The translations under genes and the position numbers were made by a program. The notes beneath the pieces are model-generated. The model was not told the origin of the DNA. It made no database searches and worked only from the letters and a program-made list of their open reading frames with translations. A DNA stretch of 31,522 nt, taken from contig JBJCIZ010000310.1 of NCBI GenBank assembly GCA_051294375.1, positions 1 to 31,522 of the forward strand, written 5' to 3'. This document shows positions 1 through 9,679 of this stretch, piece by piece. The DNA comes from Paraspadella gotoi. Taxonomy: Eukaryota > Animalia > Chaetognatha. Every line of letters begins with the position of its first letter. Position 1 is the stretch's first letter.

Positions 1-689
1 ACAGAGAGAGATTGTAACATTGAAAGTAAAACTTAAAAATGCAATAAATTTCGTTTGAGCATGTTTCTCGATACTAAATTTTTGATTCACCCATTGAAGA
101 GGGAGCTACCCCCTATCAGAAGAAAAAAAACTTGATAAAGCTAAACTTTTTTCAATAATAATGATCCAAAAATTATAATCCCATTAACAAAAATATATAG
201 TTGAAAATACTCAGTTAACGACAGTGATATTTTATGACTTCCACAAAAATTTCAATCTTGAAATGAAATTTTATGATTGTTCTTTTTTTAGGAAGAAACC
301 ACAGACCGAGGTCAAATTTTTAATTTGCATATTTAATTAATTTATAAATAGTTATCACAACTCAAAATAATTATTATTTAAAAAAAAGATAAAAAATGAT
401 TATAATATATACACTAAAAAATTTATAAATTTAATATATAGTATACAATTATCAGAAATAACAAAAAAAGTATCTTAAATTTTGACTATATCTCTCTATC
501 CAACTCCTATTTTAGATATAATTTGCCAATAGTGGGCCAACCCGGTTCAAAGTTACAATAAAAATAATAAAATTTATTTTTTTTTAAATGTAATCATTGT
601 CACTAATTAGTTTCATCGATATGTCCAATACTGTCTATTTGATAATAACAATTGCACTGATTATGTCACATAGTATTTACATGTGACAA

Positions 690-1420
690 TGCATGTCAAT
701 ATACAGTTATTCTTCATTTTTTTTAAATGTATCCACGAAAATCTCCGGATGTAAATTTGGGATTTTATTGAGAAAAAGCCTCGAATAAAAGTTTTTAAAA
801 AAAAAAAAAAAATCATAAATTTTTCAAAAAAAGAACGATCACGCAAGAGATCGTAAAGAGAGAAAGAGACCAGAAAAGAGAAAGAGAAAGAGAAAGAGAG
901 AAAGAAAGAGAGACAAAGCTGGACAGCTGCTTGAAGCGTCGCTGTACAGTCAGTGAGGAAACTTGAACTCGTTTTTTTTTCTGAATAAATAGACATAAAA
1001 GAAATAAAAGATAATAAAAGAAAGAGCAAAAAATGTTACAATGGTTATACAATTGGAAATTTTTCAATTTTTTTCCAATCGCCAGCTTGTAAAGATTTAT
1101 TTTTATTTGTATTAAAATTAAGATATAGCTTCTCATAAAAAGTTATTTGAGTTCCCATTTTTTATTAAGAGATTTAAAAAAATTTTTTTGAATTTCATCT
1201 TCAATATTATATACTGCAATATGTAAATTAGAATTAAATGTCATTTTTATATACTAATTTGGATATGATATCATGACAGTACATATAAATCTCATTGCAT
1301 ATTGCAGTAAATCATAATGAAGTGGGAATTCAAAACAAAAAAATACTTAAATCCAAATGTAATAACGAAAAATATCAAAGCTACTTATTCAAGATGAGAA
1401 GCCAATATCTAAATTTTTTA
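690..1420. repeat. Dispersed AT-rich repeat with a fold-back core, related to 16857-17320
   Basis: Inverted pair CTGCAATATG (1214) / CATATTGCAG (ends 1307), plus outer inverted arms agatatagcttctcat (~1120-1136) / atgagaagccaatatct (~1394-1410). The segments catattgcagtaaatcata...aattcaaa and aaaaacgagttca recur at ~16910-16960 and ~17175 (the latter in opposite orientation). Boundaries approximate. Confidence 0.5.
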
Positions 1421-1539
1421 ACTTACTATGAATAGCCCTCACCTTTTGTAAAACTTTATCATAATTCATAATAATTTTTATTTAAAAAAAAACGGTAAGT
1501 CACAGCCAAACCTATAAAAAGCGTAGTAGTTTTTATATA

Positions 1540-1662
1540 AAAACAGCGTGACGGCCGACGACAGACGACGACGACGACGACGACGTCACAAAGAAGCTCA
1601 CCCGAATCCATATCAAGGGCCCTGAAGCCAGGCTTCGCCGTCATGGCTTGATAATTAAAAAA
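1540..1662 (-). mobile_element. Putative 5' end of a Helentron/HINE-like non-autonomous element
   Basis: The minus strand reads a T-run, then atcaagccatgacggcgaagcctggcttcagggcccttgat (hairpin/IR), then a (GTC)n microsatellite, which is the usual HINE 5' layout. No matching 3' end was found. Confidence 0.4.
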
Positions 1663-2559
1663 GCATACGTATGTGTATTTAACAGCTCTCTGTGTGTTAA
1701 ATTTTTTTGCGCCCGTAGTATTCAACCCGACCGAATTTAATGGACAAAAACAGCGACCACCCACCACACTACCTAACACGCAACGTATCCTATTGATTTT
1801 TACCTGAGTACTTGCAACGCAATTAAAGATGCAGGATCTTGCTGTTTTTAGAGCTACTTACTTAGCCAGTATGTAATGGACGCGTGAATAAATTAACACA
1901 CGGGCTGAGCCCCCCACACTAAAAAGAATTCCTCAGTGCAATTTGGAAATTAGGTAAAGTTTTACTTTCGCCGACCGGGGTTTTGGAGCCCTTTGAAAAA
2001 AACATTTTAAAAACCACCCCTTACCCAAAATCACCCTTAACTCTAAACCCCCCCTAACCACAGTAAAATAAACTCGCAAATTATTTAGTTATGAAGCGAC
2101 TTAACTCATTAAATCTCCCATTATTTTTGTTTTCTACAGTATCAATTATTCTCAACCTGAAAAAAGAACCCGAATTGTCTATTATCTGGAGGCAGAAATT
2201 TCTGCCATTTCATTGATAAAATAAAAAGAAAAAATCCAAGGTCTGGTGGCCTTATCGCCACAGATGAATTAAAGCCGTTTCCTTCACAGCGCTTTAGTGG
2301 CTCATAGCTTTAGTGGCTCATAGCTCATAGCATAACAAGCCATGAGGTTGTTATGTAGAAAGTGGGATGGACCGGGTAACTTGCCAGTAGGCATGGGCCC
2401 ATAGCTCTGGACTACATGAACATGCTGTCGCCACGAGTTGACACTGCTGCTGGACCCGCAGTGCGGGTGTGGGGCCCCTTAAAACCAGCCCCTTCGTAGG
2501 CTCATTAAATTTACAATGTTTCTTGTTTTTTTAGCATATCAAGAAATTTTTTTTTTCAG

Positions 2560-2805
2560 GATCACCGATCCAAAGACCACAAATCTGTCATACCAGGCTA
2601 CGACATGCCCCACTCCCACCCACCTCATCAACGTTGGATCTTCTACTTTCATGAATCCCCTATGCATACTTACCTTAACCTTGAACTCTTCAAGAATATC
2701 TTCAACTGGACGATGACCTACAGACTTGACAGCGACATTCCCATGCCATTTGGACTCACTGTCAGAAAGGACTGCTTTGATCAGAACAATTGCAAAGAAC
2801 AAAAG
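2560..2805 (+). CDS. Alpha-1,3-fucosyltransferase (GT10), internal exon
   Basis: Acceptor ttttttcag|G at 2559/2560 and donor AAG|gtcagt at 2805/2806. Translates DHRSKD...HQRWIFYFHESP...FNWTMTYRLDSDIPMPFG..., containing the GT10 ESP and FNWTMTYRxDSD motifs. Upstream exons were not identified in the window. Confidence 0.92.
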
Positions 2806-2970
2806 GTCAGTTTTTCAGGATATATCATAATTACAGGGAGGTCCAGCTCTTTTGGGACTAAATTAAAACAGATCACAACAAATCGTAACATAACAGACTT
2901 CTTTATAAATATACGAAAAAATATATTAATCCATTGATTTATCAATCATTATCAGTAGCATTATCATTAT

Positions 2971-3110
2971 CACTTGCATAATTTGGTCAACTTGCATAAT
3001 TTAGTTATTTTGAATAATCAGGTCAACTTGCATAATTTGATCAACTTGAATAATTTGGTAAACTTGCATAATTTGCTCAACCGGCATAATTTGGTCAACT
3101 GGCATGATTT
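2971..3110. repeat. 18-bp minisatellite (aacttgcataatttggtc)n
   Basis: About 8 imperfect units. The reverse complement (gaccaaattatgcaagtt) resembles the gaaaaaatgatgcaagtt array at 23715-23935. Confidence 0.85.
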
Positions 3111-3184
3111 GATTTATCAAAGCTACAGTATGATTTTTCTCGTTTGTAACATTTCGTGAGAGTATATCTCTACAACCGTAAAAT

Positions 3185-3984
3185 TTAAAAGATTAATGAT
3201 AATCGTTTTTGAAGGTCTCGGTTTGGCATTTTATATGATACATAGTGTGAAAGATGACTTTTCAAACTCAGCGGGTTTTGGTGCTTCTTGAGCTGGCGTC
3301 GAGATATTCGACGGGTCGGTGGTTTTCTTCGCGACGAGTTTATTTGATTCTGTAGAAAATTTTTTTTTTGAGGGCAGTAGCCTTGTTCCAGCGAAGGCGT
3401 CGTGAAGCGAGGTGTGATGCAACCACAACGGCGCTCGGAACAACAGTTTTTTGCAATGTGCTCACCTTTTAAGCAACGGAGGCCAAATCGTAGATGCACG
3501 TCGGAGTTCTTTCTTGAGTCGGCATTGAAGTTTCGGAAAGTAGGGCAGGAAGCAATGAAATGATCTACTTAGCATCCAGCGCACAAGTTGAGTTTTTTAC
3601 GTTAGATTATTAGGCCAAGACCCGTTGGCAACGGCGCAGATAGCACTGTTTGCACTGACTTTGAAAATGGCGTCGTCAACAGGGCTTTTCGCCTTCATGG
3701 CGATTTCCGATTTGAAGAAGCGGTGACCGGAGATCGATTTCCTTCGTAGTCAACGACATAGTCTCTGAAGTTTTTTGATTGAGATTTGGGAAGGTTTTCC
3801 AATTTTGCAAGAATTTTTTCGATCTTTTGAATTCGAGGTTCGATGGTTTTTAGGATTTCGTTGACGATCATTTTTATCGCCGTCGAATTCATCATTTTCA
3901 ATTCTCTTAACGCTGAATCCACAAGGCGTTTAATTCGTTCTTACTGTGAAGTTATTTGAGACTTCGCGCCCGCGGAGACCAAAG
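3185..3984 (-). pseudogene. Degenerate BEL/Pao LTR-retrotransposon gag fragment
   Basis: Read across frameshifts and stops on the minus strand: CAGC*VDHFIASCPTF, then (G)LRCLKGEHIAKNC, then RRCGC and LHHTSLH. This is the triple zinc knuckle ending in HHTxLH typical of BEL/Pao gag. A coiled-coil-like ORF (3695-3922) precedes it. Confidence 0.8.
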
Positions 3985-5500
3985 TGGTTGATTCGCCCGT
4001 AACGAAATGTACTAACTTGAGTCGCACGAGACAAAGTAAAAGTAGATATGGAATCTTTGAAACGTTTATTGACTTATTCGAACAATCCCTCGGAGACTCG
4101 TGAGATCGAAGTTTCTACGGGCGAACAATTTCGGTGAGAATTCAATAGAAAACTAAAAAGTGCCTCACGAAACTCTCGGAAATTGAGGCGTAAGAAAGAG
4201 ACACAGATACTACCATGATGGAAAAAAAATTATCGCGGTTACTTTCCAGCTATTTTTTAGCATTTTAATATAATATTTAAGTAGAAATAAAATTTTAATA
4301 TCATTTAAGTAAGTAGACAGAGATTTCAACATGAAACCAAAAGTGGATTTTATTCTTGGAAAGTCACAAGCAAAGACGGTGTCAGAATTTGAGACAGAAT
4401 GGATTCAATACAAAATGGTCAGGTATTTATACTCTACAATCGGACGTGGGCTCGTTTTTCCGATGGCATGAAGCCCATCTTCTCATTGGCTTGATTCCGA
4501 CGATGATTCATCCAATCGGAGAGTCCTCGGTAGATTTTACCCGAGTCGCGGATCCGATTCTATTTTTGGTTCTGATTCCATCTGCGATGAAATCAAAAAA
4601 CTTTGGCCTCTTGTGATTCATATGAGCTGTATTTTATTTATGTACAACAAAAAATAGAAGAGTTCCATGCAAAAAAAATGAAACAAAATGCTTCCTTCTT
4701 TTTTATCTTTTTCATATCTCCACTTTTCATTTATATTAATTTCCGGTTATTTTTTATTAATTTTTAATTTAAACTGTTACTATTAAAAATCCCTGCCTTT
4801 TCTCAGTCTCATGTCAAATGGTAATTGCTTCATCTCCATTAGGATAGATTCTGGGATAAATCTTAATTCATATGTTAAAAAAAAAGAAATATTAAAAATA
4901 CATTGATGCTGTAGATGCTTCAGAGTATTTTTTATATATTATAAAATATCAATAAAAGTTATAAGGCTCCGGGTAACCTTTCTGTAAAAAAGTTATTATT
5001 TTTATTTACCTCTTGATGTATTATCAGAACAAAGTATCAAACAAGTTAAAAAAAATCAAAGATTTTGTTGAAGGGAAAGACAATGCATCATGCAGCAACA
5101 ACTCAAGCCTGATTTACTTCATAGGGGATCAATCCTTTTCACTGCTTGCCAAAGATGATTTTTTGCCAAAAATCTGATAACATAAATTTTATCAGAGATA
5201 TAATATTTATATTAATAATAATATGAGTAGTCCTCTTGATCAAAAAGAGCTAAAAACAGTTAGAGATAACCTTTTTTGGAAATAATTGTATGCAATAAAT
5301 AATTTTATGCTGTTGAGAAATAATATTTTTATTCAATCCTAGGAAGGTTATACTATATATTAAAACCTATTTAACGGCCAAAAAATATATTTGACAATGA
5401 AATTAACCGACTTTTCCAAGCCGCAACAATATTTTTTTCCATCATGGTACTTATCAAAAACATACTTATTCTGAACCGAGAGAAAAAGTCGAGCCTAACA
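3985..5500 (-). mobile_element. Putative 5' LTR of the BEL/Pao element (about 280 bp once the MITE is removed)
   Basis: The minus strand starts TGTTAGG at 5500, contains AATAAA (~4050), ends ...aatcaacca at ~3985 and is followed by a TGG-initiated PBS-like run (tggtctccgcgggc) upstream of gag. It is split by the MITE at 4213-5447. Confidence 0.55.
4213..5447. mobile_element. Non-autonomous DNA transposon/MITE with TA target-site duplication
   Basis: TIR CCATGATGGAAAAAAA at 4213 and its reverse complement TTTTTTTCCATCATGG ending at 5447, flanked by TA at 4211-4212 and 5448-5449. No transposase recognised. Confidence 0.8.
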
Positions 5501-5661
5501 TCTTTTACACAAATCAAAACCAATCAATATTAAATTTGGATTTCGGATTTTGGATTTTACTACAGAAAAAACTTTCAGATTAAAAATATCTTCGCAAGTT
5601 TGGCAATATTTTTTTTCTAGTGGCGGGTTGTCGTGGGTAACCTTGTATTTAAATAATTTAC

Positions 5662-5775
5662 CTTCAGCAACCATGACTTTAAAGTGTCGAGGGAAGGCGG
5701 CGCATGCTTTTGTGACCACGCACATTGATATGCTGCTTTTCCTGCTACTTTTGTCGTTTTCTGAATTTGACCGTT
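5662..5775 (-). other. Candidate antisense exon inside the FucT intron (unknown product)
   Basis: Acceptor cccttccag| and donor AAG|gtaaat; 114 bp, open in phase 0 (NGQIQKTTKVAGKAAYQCAWSQKHAPPSLDTLKSWLLK). A 64-bp gtaag...ccag intron (5776-5839) precedes it. Confidence 0.3.
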
Positions 5776-5964
5776 CTGGAAGGGATGCATGAGTAAGAAA
5801 AACTTTGATATCAAAATTCAGGAGTCATAATCATCTTACTAGGCACTTAAAGTTAGTTCCATCAGAACATGACCTCCCTGTATCATTATTGTTATCTTGA
5901 ACTTGTTTTCATTGATATTCACAAAATCTTTCTAGTCAAAGAGCCATAGAACAAAATAATAATC

Positions 5965-6188
5965 TATGGTGGACTAAAATCCACCAACCGTTCATCAGCG
6001 GCCATTGGTGCCGGAGGCAAGTCATTCGCCTCCCAACCCAAGGACCCAAAGGTCCGGGGTTCTAGCCCGGTGGTCGTCTGGCAGTTAAGAGGGACGGGGC
6101 GCTTAACCCGCCTGTAACACGGTGTTACAGCCTGATCCGAAGCTCAGGGACTGCTTACATTGAACGGTTCTGTCACTAACACAAATCA
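5965..6188 (+). mobile_element. tRNA-derived SINE-like element, copy 1
   Basis: tRNA-like head 5998-6077: acceptor stem GCGGCCA/TGGTCGT, A-box-like TGGTGCCGGAGG, tcgcctccca (tRNA-Gly-like anticodon arm), B-box-like GGTTCTAGCCC. A near-identical inverted copy lies at 21372-21589. Confidence 0.75.
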
Positions 6189-6332
6189 ATAATTACTGTC
6201 TCTTCAAATCTTGCTTTCTCATGATAAGTATTTAAGACAAATTGTAACTTTTAAGTTAAACAAAATCATAGCATAGTAGCATTAATTTAAATCATGAGGG
6301 TGCCATAATTAGCAAGACATTACCTTTGCCAG

Positions 6333-6932
6333 GACAACTATGCAAAGAACAGGACTGGACTGGTTGCCTGGTTTGTCTCCAATTGTCGAACTAACAGCCG
6401 CAGAATGGAATATGTGAAGAAGCTGCAAAAATACATTGACGTTGACATCTTTGGAGATTGTACAAAAAAGAAATGCCCTAAGACTGTCTTTTTTGGGGCC
6501 AAATCTTGTTACAAGATGTTGAATCGCTACAAATTTTATTTGAGTTTTGAAAACTCCATATGTCAAGATTACATAACAGAGAAAGCCTTTGGAATTCTGT
6601 CGCAGACAACCGCAGTACCCATAGTTCGTGGCGGGGGAGACTACAAAAATCTGCCACCTCATTCTTATATAGATGGGAACCTCTTCAGTCCTAAGGAATT
6701 AGCGGATCATCTTAAAGCCATCAACGCCAATGATCATTGGTACAATGCCTTTCACAAGTGGAGGCAACACTATTTTGTCTTGGGAAATGAAACCGAGACT
6801 GTTGCATTGAGTCATTGTGATCTCTGCGCCAAATTGCATGATCAATCTCTTCCCGTTAAGTGGTATGGTAATATGCAGAATTTTTGGAACAAGGAGAATG
6901 ACTGTATGGAAAAGTTTGATATACCAGAATAG
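6333..6932 (+). CDS. Alpha-1,3-fucosyltransferase (GT10), last exon
   Basis: Acceptor tacctttgccag|GAC at 6332/6333, joining the previous exon in phase 0 (...CKEQK|DNYAKNRTGLVAWFVSNC...). Contains the alpha-1,3 signature YKFYLSFENSICQDYITEK, VPIVRGGGDY, LPPHSYID and CDLCAKL; stop at 6930-6932. Confidence 0.96.
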   Translation, partial: DNYAKNRTGLVAWFVSNCRTNSRRMEYVKKLQKYIDVDIFGDCTKKKCPKTVFFGAKSCYKMLNRYKFYLSFENSICQDYITEKAFGILSQTTAVPIVRGGGDYKNLPPHSYIDGNLFSPKELADHLKAINANDHWYNAFHKWRQHYFVLGNETETVALSHCDLCAKLHDQSLPVKWYGNMQNFWNKENDCMEKFDIPE

Positions 6933-7359
6933 TCGTTTATCACATGGCTCAAAATTTAAGTATATGATTAACATACCTTTACTGCCTAAAGCAAAAAGAT
7001 TTTTTCAAATTTGAAACAATGCATTTCTTTACCTATTAGGTGTTTTATGCATATTATACATTAAAGCGTAGTAAAAGTGAGGAACGAACAACGTTATACT
7101 AATGAACATTTATGTACAAAAAAATTTTATAATAAATTTTACAATTTACGCAGTAGGGCACCATATTTATACTACTACTATCCAATAAATGTAAAATTTC
7201 AAAATAGTTTTTTGTAAGATTTTTTTTGCAGATTTGGATTCGTCATGAAAAGTTGATATAAAGAAATATATACTCTTTTTTAAAAATTCTTTCATTAATT
7301 TGATCAAATATATTATATTTTTTCCTTTATGTTTCGTTGTGATTTGATTCGTCATCGGT

Positions 7360-9160
7360 TTTGAGAGAGAGAGAGAGAGAGAGAGAGTATGAGAGAGTTG
7401 GTTTTGTCTTCGTCTTCACAGTCAGTTTTTGTCGTCGTCGTTTTCGTCGTCGTCGTCTCACGGATTTCTTTTCTAAAATTCTTTTCGAATCTAAAAAAAA
7501 CCCAAATATAGAAAATATTGGAGACCCGGTAAATCCAGTGATGATTATTCACGAAAGTTCGTTCAATTTAAACGATGACTCTCTTCTCCTTTCTCTCGTC
7601 TCTCTCCCTCTCTTTAACTTACACAGAGTTTCATCGTCGTCGTCTTTCACTCGTCGTCGTCATTATCACCGTCATTTTTCGTCGTCGTTTTCGTCCGTCG
7701 TCCGTCGTTTTTGTCGTCATTTTCGTCGGTCGTTTTTGTCATCGTTTTCGTCGTCGTTTTCGTCGTAATTTTCGTCGTCCTTTTCGTCCGTTTCCTTGTC
7801 GTCGTCTTCATCGTTTTCGTCTGTCGTCGTTGTCTTCGTCGTATCAGTTGTCTTCGTCGTCATCTTATGTTGTTTTTTGTCGTCTCTTCATCGTTTTCAT
7901 TGTCGTTTTCGTCGTCGTCTTCATCGTCGTTTCGTCATGTTTTCTTTGGTCGTTTTTCGTGGTTTTCGTCGTGGTTTTCATCGTTCGTTGTCGTTTCGTT
8001 ATAATAAATTTAATAAGCAATTTGGCTTCAGTTTTACAAAATTTTTATTCAAAGAAACGTTTTGAAAACGTTTCGGCCTTGTATGCAAGCCTTTCATCAG
8101 CGTCAAATAATTTGTGAATTGTTAGACAGTTTTTTTGTGAAAGAAGGAGAGAGAGTGAGAGAGAGAGAGAGATCAGGGCAAAGTTTCCCACATAAAGTGA
8201 GAAAGAATAGTGGTCAAGTGGTGAGGAAACCAAAATTGCCTATAATACACATAACAACGAAAAAGAAAGGTTATTACCACTATGTCAATAAATTTATAAT
8301 AAAAAATCATTGACAGTGTTTATGAGTTCGTCTTTGCCGTCATCTTCACCGTCGTTTTCGTCTTCGTTGTTTTCGGCTTCATCTTTTTCGTCGTCGTCTT
8401 CGCCGTCGTTTTCGTCTTCTTTGTCTTTTTCGTCGTCGGTTTTGTCTTCCTCTTCGTCGTCGTTTTCCCCTAACTTTTTTTCGTCATATTCGCCGTATTT
8501 TTTGTCATTGTTTTGTCGTTTTCGTCGTCATAATCACAGTCAAAATGTCAATTATTAACTTATTAATCTGTACTTTAACTAAATCCCCGCTGCTTGCTTA
8601 AATTTGAAACTCTCTCTTTCCGAGTCTCTCTTTCTTTCTCTCTCTTTCTTTTTCTTTCTCTTTTTTGCTGCCGTACTCTTTGTTGTCTTTTACTTCGTCA
8701 TATTTTTTTGTCATGGTCTTCGCCTTCGTTTTCGTCGTCGTTTTCGCCTTCGTTTTTGTCGTCTTCTTCGTCGTTGTCGTCATCGTTTTTGCTGTCGTTT
8801 TCGTCATCGTCTTTGTTGTCGTTTTCGTCGTCGTTGTCGTCGTGTTCTTCGTTGTCGTTTTCGGCGTTTTCGTTTTTGTCATCGTTATTGTTGTCGTCGT
8901 CTTTGATGTTTTTGTTGTCGTCTTCGTCGTTGTTTTCGTCGTTGTTGTTATTGTTGTCATCTTCGTCGTTGTCGTCATCGTCTGTTGTTGCTTTCATCAT
9001 CGTTTTTGTTGTTGTTGTCGTCTTTGTTATCATTTTCATCGACGTTTCGTCGTTGTCTTTGTTTTGTTATCCATTTTTTCGTCTTGCCGTCGTTTTTGTG
9101 ATCTCTATTCTATTGGTTTTTGTCTTTTTCGTTATGTTCGTTCTCGTCATTGTCGGATTT
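7360..9160. repeat. Low-complexity (CGT/GTT/TTT) microsatellite-like blocks with (GA)n
   Basis: Three blocks (~7630-8000, 8330-8530, 8690-9150) of cgtcgttttcgtc-type repeats. They generate many overlapping Ser/Val/Thr/Asp ORFs on both strands. Confidence 0.9.
8061..8107 (-). ncRNA. Decayed minimal type I hammerhead ribozyme (Penelope-like pLTR remnant)
   Basis: Minus strand: tttgacg CTGATGA aa ggcttg-cata-caaggcc GAAA cgtttt caaa, followed by AATAAA. The core boxes and stem II are present, but the NUH/stem I junction is imperfect. Confidence 0.55.
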
Positions 9161-9679
9161 CAAGAATTAATTTTTAGTGTAAAGTTGGAAACAAAAAAGA
9201 AATTCTATACCATCTTTACGTGAAAAAAAACTTGGAAAAGATTTTCCCCTTACCGAATTTTTAAACAAAAATAGGCGATGACTAGCTCTGTTCGAACTAT
9301 ATTCTATCTGATATACGTTTGACATTTCATTGCTAGAGAGAAGAATTACATTTTTGGAATCGGGGGAATTGAAGACCAAACGTTATGATATCAGCCTTTT
9401 ACCCCCCCTGACCCCCCTCGATCACTGGGTTCCCTTAAGTTACCTGCATGAGTTAGAGAATTTCTAAAAATTAAGACGGTAACATAACATAAGAAATACA
9501 CAAAAATATACGTTTATGAATGATAGAGAAAGAAATAAAGTGAAATGCGGTATTAGAAGTAAACTGTAAATATTTACACATTTCCAGATCCCGCTGATCA
9601 GGTGTAGATACCAAGTGGTCTCCCGACCTAAGAACTGCTAAGGGCCTCTCTCTCGCTCTCTCTCTCTTTCTCATCTCTC

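Noticed and set aside
2974-3159. LHNLVN-repeat ORF (and the LHHFFN ORF 23709-23927), or a CRISPR-like array
   Set aside because: Head-to-tail 18-bp minisatellites with no unique spacers and no cas genes, in a eukaryotic context.
5495-5725. CxxC...CxxC zinc-finger-like ORF
   Set aside because: Its last Cys and stop (TGT TAG) come from the putative LTR terminus, and an alternative frame fits the splice signals better.
5985-6003. CTGATGA/CTGACGA on the antisense strand of both SINE copies as a hammerhead
   Set aside because: No GAAA box or stem III after the hairpin.
5998-6077. Functional tRNA-Gly gene
   Set aside because: The anticodon and D arms do not pair properly, and it is part of a longer dispersed repeat.
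7361-9223. Numerous long Ser/Val/Thr/Asp-rich ORFs
   Set aside because: By-products of stop-poor trinucleotide-like microsatellite, open in multiple frames on both strands.
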